15,093 nucleotides of DNA from Candidatus Methylomirabilia bacterium (GTDB lineage: Bacteria; Methylomirabilota; Methylomirabilia; Rokubacteriales; CSP1-6), in assembly GCA_041497895.1 (NCBI GenBank), contig JBGQHJ010000120.1, positions 1-15,093 on the forward strand. The letters run 5' to 3'. Made by a program: the position numbers and the translations under genes. Below are positions 8,701 to 15,093 of this stretch, piece after piece (positions within the stretch are counted from its first letter, which is position 1; the number at the start of each line of letters is the position of its first letter). Under the pieces are notes generated by a model. That model saw only the letters and a program-made list of their open reading frames with translations, made no database searches and had not been told where the DNA came from.

Positions 8701-11700
8701 CCGGCCACGGCCCATCTCGAGATGATCGGGACCGCGGCCCTGGCCTGCGTCGGCCCAGCGCATCGCATCGAGGACGTCACGCTGCAGGAAGCACTCGTGA
8801 TCCCGGACGGCGAAACGCGGACCGTCCAGGTGGTGTTGACCCCTGCCGCGGCCGGCTCGATGACGGCGCAGGTCTGGAGCCTCGTCGGCGACGGGGCGGC
8901 CCGCTGGACGCTCCACGTCGAGGGCCGGGTCCGCCCCGACGGCGAGGCGGTCGCCGCCGTGGACTCCCTCGACGAGACGCGCCGGCGCTGCACCGAGGCG
9001 CTCTCCGGTCCCGACTTCTACACGCGCCTCGACGGGCGCGGGCTCGAGCTGGGCCCGGTGTTCCGCGGCGTGCGTCAGGTCGACCGGATCGATGGAGAAG
9101 CGCTCGCTCGGGTGGAGCTGCCCGCCCAGGTCGGCGATGAGCCGTCCTATCGGATGCACCCGCTGCTGCTCGACGCCTGCGTCCAGGCCGTCGCGGCCGC
9201 GGTGCCGGCGGCGACCGTGGTGGACCACGTGTTCCTCCCGATGGCACTCGACCGGTTCCGGGTCGTCGGCCGTGCCGGGCGGTCCGTGTGGAGCCGGGCC
9301 CGGCTGACCTCGTCGCTCGTCGGCGACACCCTGACCGCGGACCTGCAGGTGCTCGACGACGACGGCTGGGTCGTCGCGGAGCTGGTGGGGCTCCGGCTCA
9401 AGCGGGCGCCGCGCGGGGCCGCGCGCCGGCCGGCCGGGGCCATCGCGGAGTGGCTCCACGAGATCGCCTGGCCCCCGGCGCCCCTGCCCGCCGCGTCGGA
9501 CGACGCAGGCGCTACCACGGCGCGGCTCGCCGCCGAGGTGACACGCTGGGCCGCGCATCCGGAGCTCGCGCGCTACGACGAGGCGATCCGCGCGCTCGAC
9601 CGGCTCAGCGTGGCCTACGTCGTCGGCGCGCTTCGGACCCTCGGCTGCGATCTGAAGCCGGGGTGCGTGCTGCGCCGCGACGGACTTGCCGCCGCCCTCG
9701 GGGTGCTGCCGCGCTACCGGCGCCTGCTCGACCGCTGGCTCGACATCCTGGCCGAGGACGGGCTCCTGCGGGCCACCGACGAAGGCTGGGTCACCGTCCG
9801 TGACGGATCCGGCGTGGCGGTGGAACGGCTGGCGCGCGCGCTCGACGGCCACGAGGCGGTGGCGGGCGCGGAGAACACGCTCCTCGTCCGCTGTGGTCCG
9901 CGCCTTGCCGATGTCGTGCGCGGGACGTGCGACCCGCTCGCGCTGCTCTTTCCGGACGGCTCGCTGGATGTGGCCGAGCGGCTGTATCACGAATCTCCGC
10001 TGGCCCGGGTCTCGGGGGCACTCGTCCGCGAAGCCGTCCAGGCGACACTCCACCGGCTGCCGGCGGGTCGGCCCATCCGGATCCTCGAAGTCGGGGGCGG
10101 AACCGGCGGGACGACCGCGGCGGTGCTACCGGTACTGCCGGCCGAGCGCTCGGAGTACGTCTTCTCCGATGTCTCCGGCGCGTTCGCCGCGCGCGCGCGC
10201 GCGCGCTTCGCGGGATATCCGTTCCTGCGGACCCGGACGCTCGACCTCGAGGCCGAGCCGACTCCGGAGGAGCTCGAGGCCGCGCGCTACGACGTCATCG
10301 TGGCCGCCAACGTCGTGCACGCGACCGCGGACCTGCGCCGGACCCTCGACCACTGCCAGCGGCGCCTGGCTCCGGGCGGTGTCCTGATCCTCGTCGAGGT
10401 GACGGTGCCGCAGCGCTGGATCGATCTCACCTTCGGTCTCACCGACGGGTGGTGGAAGTTCTCGGACGACGCGCTGCGCCCGCGTTACCCGCTCCTCGCC
10501 CGGGCGCGGTGGATGACGCTCCTCGAGGACGCGGGCTTCTCCGGGGTGACCGCGGTCCCCGACCCGGCCGCGGTCCAGGGGACCCTCGGGCACCAGTCGG
10601 TGATCGTGGCGGTCCGGCGCGAGACCACCGCCGAGACCCGCCCCTGGGTCGTGCTCGCGGACCGCGGTGGGGTCGGAGATCGGCTCGCGGAGCGGCTTCG
10701 GGCGCACGGGGCGCCGTGTCTGGTGGTGCGTGCCGCCGTGGGTCGCGCCGCGGGCGACCCGAGCGCGGCCGACCCGATGAACGCGGTGGCGGTGCGCCGG
10801 GCGCTCGAGGTCGCGGGCGGCGCCGGGTCCCGGGGCGTGGTGAATCTGTGGGCGCTCGACGCCCAGGAAGACGCCGGGCCTGGGGCGGATGAGTCCGCCC
10901 CGCTCGGCGCCGCGGTCGGCGCGCTTCACGTCGTGCAGGGGCTCCTCGCGGGCGGCCGCGCGGCGGCCGCGCCGCTCTGGCTGGTCTCGCGTGGAGCGCA
11001 GCGGCTGGCGCAGGATGCGACGCCCCCCGCCCTCGCGCAGGCGCCGGTGTGGGGGATCGGTCGCACCGTCGTGCGCGAGCACCCCGAGCTCGAGTGCATC
11101 TGCGTCGACCTCGACCCGTCCCCGGCGGTGGACCCGGTCGTCGCCCTTCTCGCCGAGCTGCTCGCCCCGCGCGACGGTGAAGAGCAGATCGCCTGGCGTG
11201 GCGAGCATCGGTTCGCGGCCCGCCTGGGGCGGTCGCCCGCGCGATACCCCGCACCGGCCCCGGAGGTCGAGCGCCTCGAGCGATCGACACCGGGCCGCCT
11301 GGAGGGGCTCGCGCTGCGGCGCGCTCCGCGCCGCGCGCCGGGCGTCGGGGAGGTCGAGATCCTGGTCCGGGCCGCCGCGCTCAACTTCAAGGACGTGCTG
11401 AACGCCCTCGACCTGTACCCGGGCGAGGCCGGCCCGCTCGGCAGCGAGTGCGCCGGCACGATCGTGGCGGTGGGCGCGGGCGTGGATTCCCTGCGGGTCG
11501 GGGACCACGTGGTGGCCATCGCAGCCGGATGCCTCGCCACCTCCGTGATCGCGCGGGCGGCGCTCGTGGCGCCGAAGCCGGTCGAGCTCACCTTCGAGCA
11601 GGCCGCGAGCCTGCCGGTGGCCTTCATCACCGGCGCGCACGCGCTGTTCACGGTGGGAGGCCTGCGGCCCGGAGAGCGGGTCCTCGTCCACGCCGGGGCC

Positions 11701-13467
11701 GGCGGCGTGGGCTCGGCCGCGGTGCGCCTGGCCCAGCGGCGCGGCGCGCGCGTCCTCGCCACCGCGGGCAGCGCAGAGAAGCGCGACTTCCTCCGGGCGC
11801 AGGGTGTGGCGCACGTGTTCGACTCGCGATCAGTCGAGTTCCGGGACGAGGTCCTGCGCGCCACCGACGGGCGCGGCGTCGACCTCGTCCTCAACTCGCT
11901 CTCCGGCGAGGCGATCGGGGCGAGCGTGGCGGTGCTCGCCCGCGACGGGCGCTTCCTCGAGATCGGCAAGCGTGGGATCTGGAGCGAGGAGGAGATGCGG
12001 CGGGCGCGGCCGGACGTCCGCTACATGGTCATCGACTGGAGCGATCTCGCGGTGAGCGCGCCCGACGTAGTCCGCCGTCACATGACCGAGATCCTGGCCG
12101 CCGCCGCGTCGGGCGAGCTGTCGGTGCCGCCGGTCACGGCGTTCCCGCTCGCGGAGGCGACGAGCGCGTTCCGCCACATGGCGCAGGCCCGGCACTGCGG
12201 CAAGATCGTGCTCACGGCGGCGGCCGAGGCCGGCACGGCGCCGGCGCCCGCGATCCGCGCCGACGCGACGTATCTCGTGACGGGCGGGTTTGGTGGGCTC
12301 GGTCTCGAGGTGGCGCGCTGGCTGGTGGGACGGGGCGCGCGCTCGCTCGTGCTGGCGGGCCGTCGTGCCCCGTCGGCGGGGGCGGCGGGGTCGATCGCGG
12401 CGCTGGAGCAGGCCGGCGCGCGGGTGTCGGTGGTCCAGGCCGACGTCTCGGATCGGACGCAGGTGGACCGCATGCTCGCCGGGCTCGGCGCCGAGCGGCC
12501 ACCGCTCCGTGGCGTGATGCACGCGGCGGGGATCCTCGACGACGGCCTGCTCGCCCAGCAGGACGCCGGGAAGCTCGCGCGCGTGATGGCGGCGAAGGTC
12601 GCGGGCACGCGTCATCTCGCCGACGCCACCGCGGGGTCGCCGCTCGACTTCTTCGTGCTCTTCTCCTCGATCGCGGCGGTCCTGGGCTCGCCCGGCCAGG
12701 CGAACCACGCCGCCGCCAACGCATTCCTCGACGCCTTCGCGCATCACCGCCGCGCCCGCGGCCTCCCCGCGCTCTCCATCGACTGGGGCGCGTGGGCGGA
12801 GGTGGGCGCGGTCGTCGAGCACGACGCGGGCCGGCGCCTGGCCGGCCAGGGTATCGGGCGCATGCGCCCGGAGGATGGGCTGGCCGCGCTCGAGGCGGTC
12901 ATGGCCGCCGGCGCCGTCCAGGTCATGGTGGCGCCGATCGACTGGCCGGTGTTCCTGTCCCGGCTGCCGGGCGGTCACCCGCCGTCGCTGCTGCGGGCCG
13001 TGGCGCGGCGGGCGCATGGGGCAGCGGCCGCGGCGGCCCCGGCCCGTCCGGCGCGTGATCTGCGCGCGGACCTGGAGGCCGCGGCGCCCGCGAAGCGCCA
13101 CGCGCTCCTCCGTGATCACATCGCGGATCGGACGCGTCGCGTCCTGGGCCTCGACTCAGGGGAGACCGTCGATGCGCTGCGGCCGCTGAAGGAGCTCGGC
13201 ATCGACTCCCTGATGGCGGTCGAGCTCCGGAACGTCCTGAAGAGCGACCTGGCGCTCGACGGCGGGCTGCCCGCCACCCTGGTCTTCGACTACCCGACGG
13301 TGGACGCGATCGCCCACTTCCTCGCCCGGGACGTGCTGGGACTCGAGGCGACCGCGCCGGTCGCGGCGAAGCCCGCGCCCGCGACGGTGCTGAGCCGGGT
13401 CGAGGATCTGAGCGACGACGAGGTGGATCGTCTCCTGGGCGAGCGGCTGGGAGGCGGGCGACCGTGA
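5773..13467 (+). CDS. Monomodular type I PKS: docking-KS-AT-DH-C-methyltransferase-psiKR-ER-KR-ACP-docking, 2564 aa
   Basis: KS ~5881-7161 (Cys 6400-6402, His 6805-6807, His 6925-6927). AT with GHSVG (Ser 7741-7743) and HAFH (8053-8064). DH ~8581-9405 with HRIDGAIVVP (His 8674-8676) and HPLLLDACVQ (Asp 9172-9174). MT ~9520-10617 with EVGGGTG (10087-10107), NVVHAT (His 10318-10320), Glu 10396-10398 and TFGLTDGWW. ER ~11290-12213 with LVHAGAGGVG. KR ~12268-12800 with TGGFGGLG, LDD (12535-12543) and GQANHAAAN. ACP with GIDSL (Ser 13207-13209). Confidence 0.97.
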   Translation: MTQPTDGPAALSPLRRAFIALEEMQAKVARLEGARTEPLAVIGMGCRFPGGATDPAAFWLLLRDGVDAVTEVPRDRWDVDAYYDPDVTTPGRTATRRGAFIEHVDRFDAPFFGISPREALAMDPQHRLLLEVTWEALESAGQAPDRLGGSRTGVYVGIASTDYAQRMLAAPESGRLDAYYASGNAHSMAAGRLSYVLGLQGPSLTVDTACSSSLVAIHLACQSLRSGECRMAVAGGVHLTLSPENTIAFSKARMLAPDGRCKTFDASADGFSEGEGCGVVVLKRLSDALADGDRVLAVVRGSAVNQDGPSAGLTAPSGPAQESVIREALANGGVAPEDIAYVEAHGTGTSLGDPIEVRTIAAVLAARRAPERRLLLGSVKTNIGHLEAAAGVAGLIKTILALQHGEIPPHLHFRTPNPHVAWSELSVDVVDAIRPWPAGRRLAGVSSFGFSGTNAHVIVEAAPAASPATPSETARPAHVLTISAKSPTALAELAARYAARLDQAEGDLADMCFSAGTGRAQLEHRLAIVVSSAEEARARLRTLETDGVSPRVGRGHVRRSARRPRLAFLFPGQGAQYAGMGRALYAGSAVFRAAVDRVGAALEAAEAARLAAVIRGDGAVAVDETATAQVALFAVQWGLAEVWRAWGVRPAVVVGHSVGEFAAACVAGVVDVAAAARVVAARGRLMGTLPAGGAMVAVDASEAAVTAVVTAVRAAGVADVGLAAVNGPESVVVSGAAEAVAAVVARLEAQGIGSQSLRVSHAFHSGLMTPMQGAFAAEAEAARWGAPTVTWVSTVTGRVVGAAEIDGAYWVRQVREPVQFADAMATVGTLGVDAFVEVGPGTTLLGLGRRCLEAAERTWAPSLRAGRGDWEQMLESLAQLWAAGAEVDWAAFDRGYARRRVELPTYAFQRETYWLSSAPASTARGPAADRSATAVAHPLLARRLHSPLPGAQFEAELSATAPAFLDQHRIDGAIVVPATAHLEMIGTAALACVGPAHRIEDVTLQEALVIPDGETRTVQVVLTPAAAGSMTAQVWSLVGDGAARWTLHVEGRVRPDGEAVAAVDSLDETRRRCTEALSGPDFYTRLDGRGLELGPVFRGVRQVDRIDGEALARVELPAQVGDEPSYRMHPLLLDACVQAVAAAVPAATVVDHVFLPMALDRFRVVGRAGRSVWSRARLTSSLVGDTLTADLQVLDDDGWVVAELVGLRLKRAPRGAARRPAGAIAEWLHEIAWPPAPLPAASDDAGATTARLAAEVTRWAAHPELARYDEAIRALDRLSVAYVVGALRTLGCDLKPGCVLRRDGLAAALGVLPRYRRLLDRWLDILAEDGLLRATDEGWVTVRDGSGVAVERLARALDGHEAVAGAENTLLVRCGPRLADVVRGTCDPLALLFPDGSLDVAERLYHESPLARVSGALVREAVQATLHRLPAGRPIRILEVGGGTGGTTAAVLPVLPAERSEYVFSDVSGAFAARARARFAGYPFLRTRTLDLEAEPTPEELEAARYDVIVAANVVHATADLRRTLDHCQRRLAPGGVLILVEVTVPQRWIDLTFGLTDGWWKFSDDALRPRYPLLARARWMTLLEDAGFSGVTAVPDPAAVQGTLGHQSVIVAVRRETTAETRPWVVLADRGGVGDRLAERLRAHGAPCLVVRAAVGRAAGDPSAADPMNAVAVRRALEVAGGAGSRGVVNLWALDAQEDAGPGADESAPLGAAVGALHVVQGLLAGGRAAAAPLWLVSRGAQRLAQDATPPALAQAPVWGIGRTVVREHPELECICVDLDPSPAVDPVVALLAELLAPRDGEEQIAWRGEHRFAARLGRSPARYPAPAPEVERLERSTPGRLEGLALRRAPRRAPGVGEVEILVRAAALNFKDVLNALDLYPGEAGPLGSECAGTIVAVGAGVDSLRVGDHVVAIAAGCLATSVIARAALVAPKPVELTFEQAASLPVAFITGAHALFTVGGLRPGERVLVHAGAGGVGSAAVRLAQRRGARVLATAGSAEKRDFLRAQGVAHVFDSRSVEFRDEVLRATDGRGVDLVLNSLSGEAIGASVAVLARDGRFLEIGKRGIWSEEEMRRARPDVRYMVIDWSDLAVSAPDVVRRHMTEILAAAASGELSVPPVTAFPLAEATSAFRHMAQARHCGKIVLTAAAEAGTAPAPAIRADATYLVTGGFGGLGLEVARWLVGRGARSLVLAGRRAPSAGAAGSIAALEQAGARVSVVQADVSDRTQVDRMLAGLGAERPPLRGVMHAAGILDDGLLAQQDAGKLARVMAAKVAGTRHLADATAGSPLDFFVLFSSIAAVLGSPGQANHAAANAFLDAFAHHRRARGLPALSIDWGAWAEVGAVVEHDAGRRLAGQGIGRMRPEDGLAALEAVMAAGAVQVMVAPIDWPVFLSRLPGGHPPSLLRAVARRAHGAAAAAAPARPARDLRADLEAAAPAKRHALLRDHIADRTRRVLGLDSGETVDALRPLKELGIDSLMAVELRNVLKSDLALDGGLPATLVFDYPTVDAIAHFLARDVLGLEATAPVAAKPAPATVLSRVEDLSDDEVDRLLGERLGGGRP
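7469..8490 (+). repeat. G-skewed AT-domain repeat, copy 2 (GRINS-like); paralog of 3034-4055
   Basis: Colinear with copy 1. Hand count 7681-7740: G36/C12/T10/A2. Local identity to copy 1 is patchy: 74/81 at 7636-7716 and 39/60 at 7856-7915. Confidence 0.8.
13449..13454 (+). promoter_or_regulatory. Probable ribosome-binding site for the PKS gene starting at 13464
   Basis: GGGAGG 9 nt upstream of GTG 13464, which overlaps the upstream stop codon (GTGA). Confidence 0.65.
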
Positions 13468-15092
13468 GCGACTTCCTCGACCGGGTCTCGAAGATGTCCC
13501 CCAAGCGCCTCGCGCTGCTTGCGCTCGAGCTGCAGGGCCGGGTCGAGGCGCTGGAGGGCGCGGCCCCGGAGCCACTGGCCGTCGTGGGACTCGGGTGCCG
13601 GTTCCCGGGAGGGGCCGACTCGCCGGCCGCGTTCTGGGAGCTCCTGCGTCGCGGCGACGACGCGATCACCGAGGTGCCTCGCGACCGCTGGGACGTGGAC
13701 GCCTACTACGATCCGGATCCGGACGTGCCCGGCAAGATGGCGACGCGCTTCGGCGGCTTTCTCCGCGACGTCGATCGCTTCGACGCCCAGTTCTTCGGCA
13801 TCACCCCGCGGGAGGCGGCCAGCATGGATCCGCAGCAGCGGCTCCTGCTGGAGGTCGCGTGGGAGGCGCTGGAAGACGCCGGGCAGGCGCCCGACGCGCT
13901 GACCGGCAGCGCCACCGGCGTGTTCGTGGGGATGTGCAACGCGGACTACTTTCATCGCATCGTGCGAGGGGACCCCGCCGGGCTCGACGCCTACGTGGCC
14001 ACCGGCGGCGCGCACAGCGTGGCCGCCGGCCGCGTCGCGTACCTGCTCGGGCTGCAGGGCCCGAACGTGGCCATCGACACCGCGTGCTCCTCGTCGCTGG
14101 TGGCCGTCCACCTGGCGTGCCAGAGCCTGCGCAGCGGCGAGTGCCGGATGGCGCTGGCCGGCGGGGTCAACTTGATCCTGGCTCCCGAGACGACCATCAT
14201 CCTGTCGCGTGCGCACATGATGGCGCCCGACGGCCGGTGCAAGGCCTTCGATGCCCGCGCGGACGGCTTCGTCCGGGCCGAGGGCTGCGGCCTCGTCGTC
14301 CTCAAGCGGCTTTCCGACGCGCGGGCCGACGGCGACCGCGTGCTCGCGGTGATCCGCGGCACCGCCGTCAACCAGGACGGACGCAGCAACGGGCTCACCG
14401 CGCCGAACGGCCCCGCGCAGGAGGCGGTCGTGCGCGCCGCGCTCGCCAACGCCCGGCTCGCGCCCCACCAGGTCGCCTACGTCGAGGCCCACGGGACCGG
14501 GACCTCGCTCGGCGACCCGATCGAGATGCGCGCGCTCGGGGCGGCGCTGGGCGCCGGGCGCGCGAGCGATCGCCCGGTGCTCGTGGGCTCGCTGAAGACG
14601 AACATCGGCCACCTGGAGTCGGCGGCCGGGGTGGCCGGGCTCATCAAGGTGATCCTCGCGCTCCAGCACGGCGAGATCCCGGCCCAGCTGCACTTCCAGA
14701 CACCGAACCCGTACATCCCGTGGGCCGAGCTGCCGGTGGCCGTCGCGAGCGAGGCGCGCCCCTGGCCGGCCGGCCTGCACGTCGCCGGGGTGAGCTCCTT
14801 CGGCTTCAGCGGCACCAACGTGCACCTGATCGTGGAGGCCGCGCCCGCGCCGGCCGCGCCCGCCCAGGCGCCGGCCCAGCCCGCGCACGTGCTCGCCCTC
14901 TCGGCCAGGAGCGAGGCAGCCCTGCGCGCGCTGGCCGGGCGATGGGCGGAGTGGCTCGACCCGGCGCCGGCCCCGCTCGCCGACCTCTGTGCCACGGCCA
15001 GCTCCGGCCGCGCCACCTTCGACCATCGGCTGGCGGTGACCGCGGAGACGCCGGAGCAGGCGCGCGAGCGGCTCCGCGCCTTCGCGGAGCAC
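13464..15092 (+). CDS. Type I modular PKS, N-terminal part (docking domain - KS - KS/AT linker); continues beyond the window
   Basis: Translated by hand: MSDFLDRVSKMSPKRLALLALELQGRVEALEGAAPEPLAVVGLGCRFPGG..., DTACSSS (Cys 14085-14087), HGTGT (His 14490-14492), KTNIGHLE (His 14610-14612), GVSSFGFSGTNVH, then linker HVLALSARSEAAL...GRATFDHRLAV. 543 codons with no stop up to the window end. Confidence 0.95.
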   Translation, partial: MSDFLDRVSKMSPKRLALLALELQGRVEALEGAAPEPLAVVGLGCRFPGGADSPAAFWELLRRGDDAITEVPRDRWDVDAYYDPDPDVPGKMATRFGGFLRDVDRFDAQFFGITPREAASMDPQQRLLLEVAWEALEDAGQAPDALTGSATGVFVGMCNADYFHRIVRGDPAGLDAYVATGGAHSVAAGRVAYLLGLQGPNVAIDTACSSSLVAVHLACQSLRSGECRMALAGGVNLILAPETTIILSRAHMMAPDGRCKAFDARADGFVRAEGCGLVVLKRLSDARADGDRVLAVIRGTAVNQDGRSNGLTAPNGPAQEAVVRAALANARLAPHQVAYVEAHGTGTSLGDPIEMRALGAALGAGRASDRPVLVGSLKTNIGHLESAAGVAGLIKVILALQHGEIPAQLHFQTPNPYIPWAELPVAVASEARPWPAGLHVAGVSSFGFSGTNVHLIVEAAPAPAAPAQAPAQPAHVLALSARSEAALRALAGRWAEWLDPAPAPLADLCATASSGRATFDHRLAVTAETPEQARERLRAFAEH

Positions 15093-15093
15093 C

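Noticed and set aside
3245..13058. Long alternative-frame + strand ORFs (3245-5776, 6171-7301, 7305-9140, 11448-13058)
   Set aside because: Low-complexity Gly/Arg translations of off-frame GCG/GTG/GGC codons with no domain signal.
1350..13467. Assignment to a named cluster (epothilone, curacin, gephyronic acid, stigmatellin)
   Set aside because: Individual domains resemble these systems, but the module order and gene splits do not match any that I can recall, so no gene symbols are given.
1569..14821. Short near-identical DNA blocks at ~1569/6001/13689 (WDVDAYYDP) and ~2667/7099/14784 (AGVSSFGFSGTN)
   Set aside because: Conserved KS motifs in paralogous domains without skew; not CRISPR repeats or mobile-element ends.
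2037..15092. Long minus-strand ORFs (2037-4358, 4596-5930, 5611-7206, 7273-10053, 10126-11814, 11830-13119, 13290-15092)
   Set aside because: They lie antisense to clear PKS genes, are Arg/Pro/His/Gly-rich with no recognisable motifs, and are expected shadows in high-GC DNA where stop codons are rare.

Overview
Interior of a very GC-rich type I cis-AT modular polyketide synthase (PKS) cluster. Four closely packed + strand genes, apparently one module per protein: (1) a 5'-truncated gene ending ...ER-KR-ACP (<2..1357); (2) KS-AT-cMT-ACP (1350..5759); (3) KS-AT-DH-cMT-ER-KR-ACP (5773..13467); (4) a 3'-truncated gene starting with a docking domain and KS (13464..>15093), which is absent from the supplied ORF track. 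Both visible ATs carry malonyl-type motifs (GHSVG/HAFH), so methyl branches should come from embedded SAM-dependent C-methyltransferases. Main points of interest: the two AT regions are colinear, strongly G-skewed ~1 kb paralogous repeats (GRINS-like) that share unusual substitutions; the reduction-free module has a methyltransferase lacking the Phe of the FGL motif (candidate gem-dimethylating MT); the KR of the fully reducing methylating module has His in place of the catalytic Tyr; and the KS downstream of the keto module has non-canonical residues. No loading module, thioesterase, tailoring gene, RNA gene, mobile element or CRISPR array is visible, and I cannot assign organism or product.
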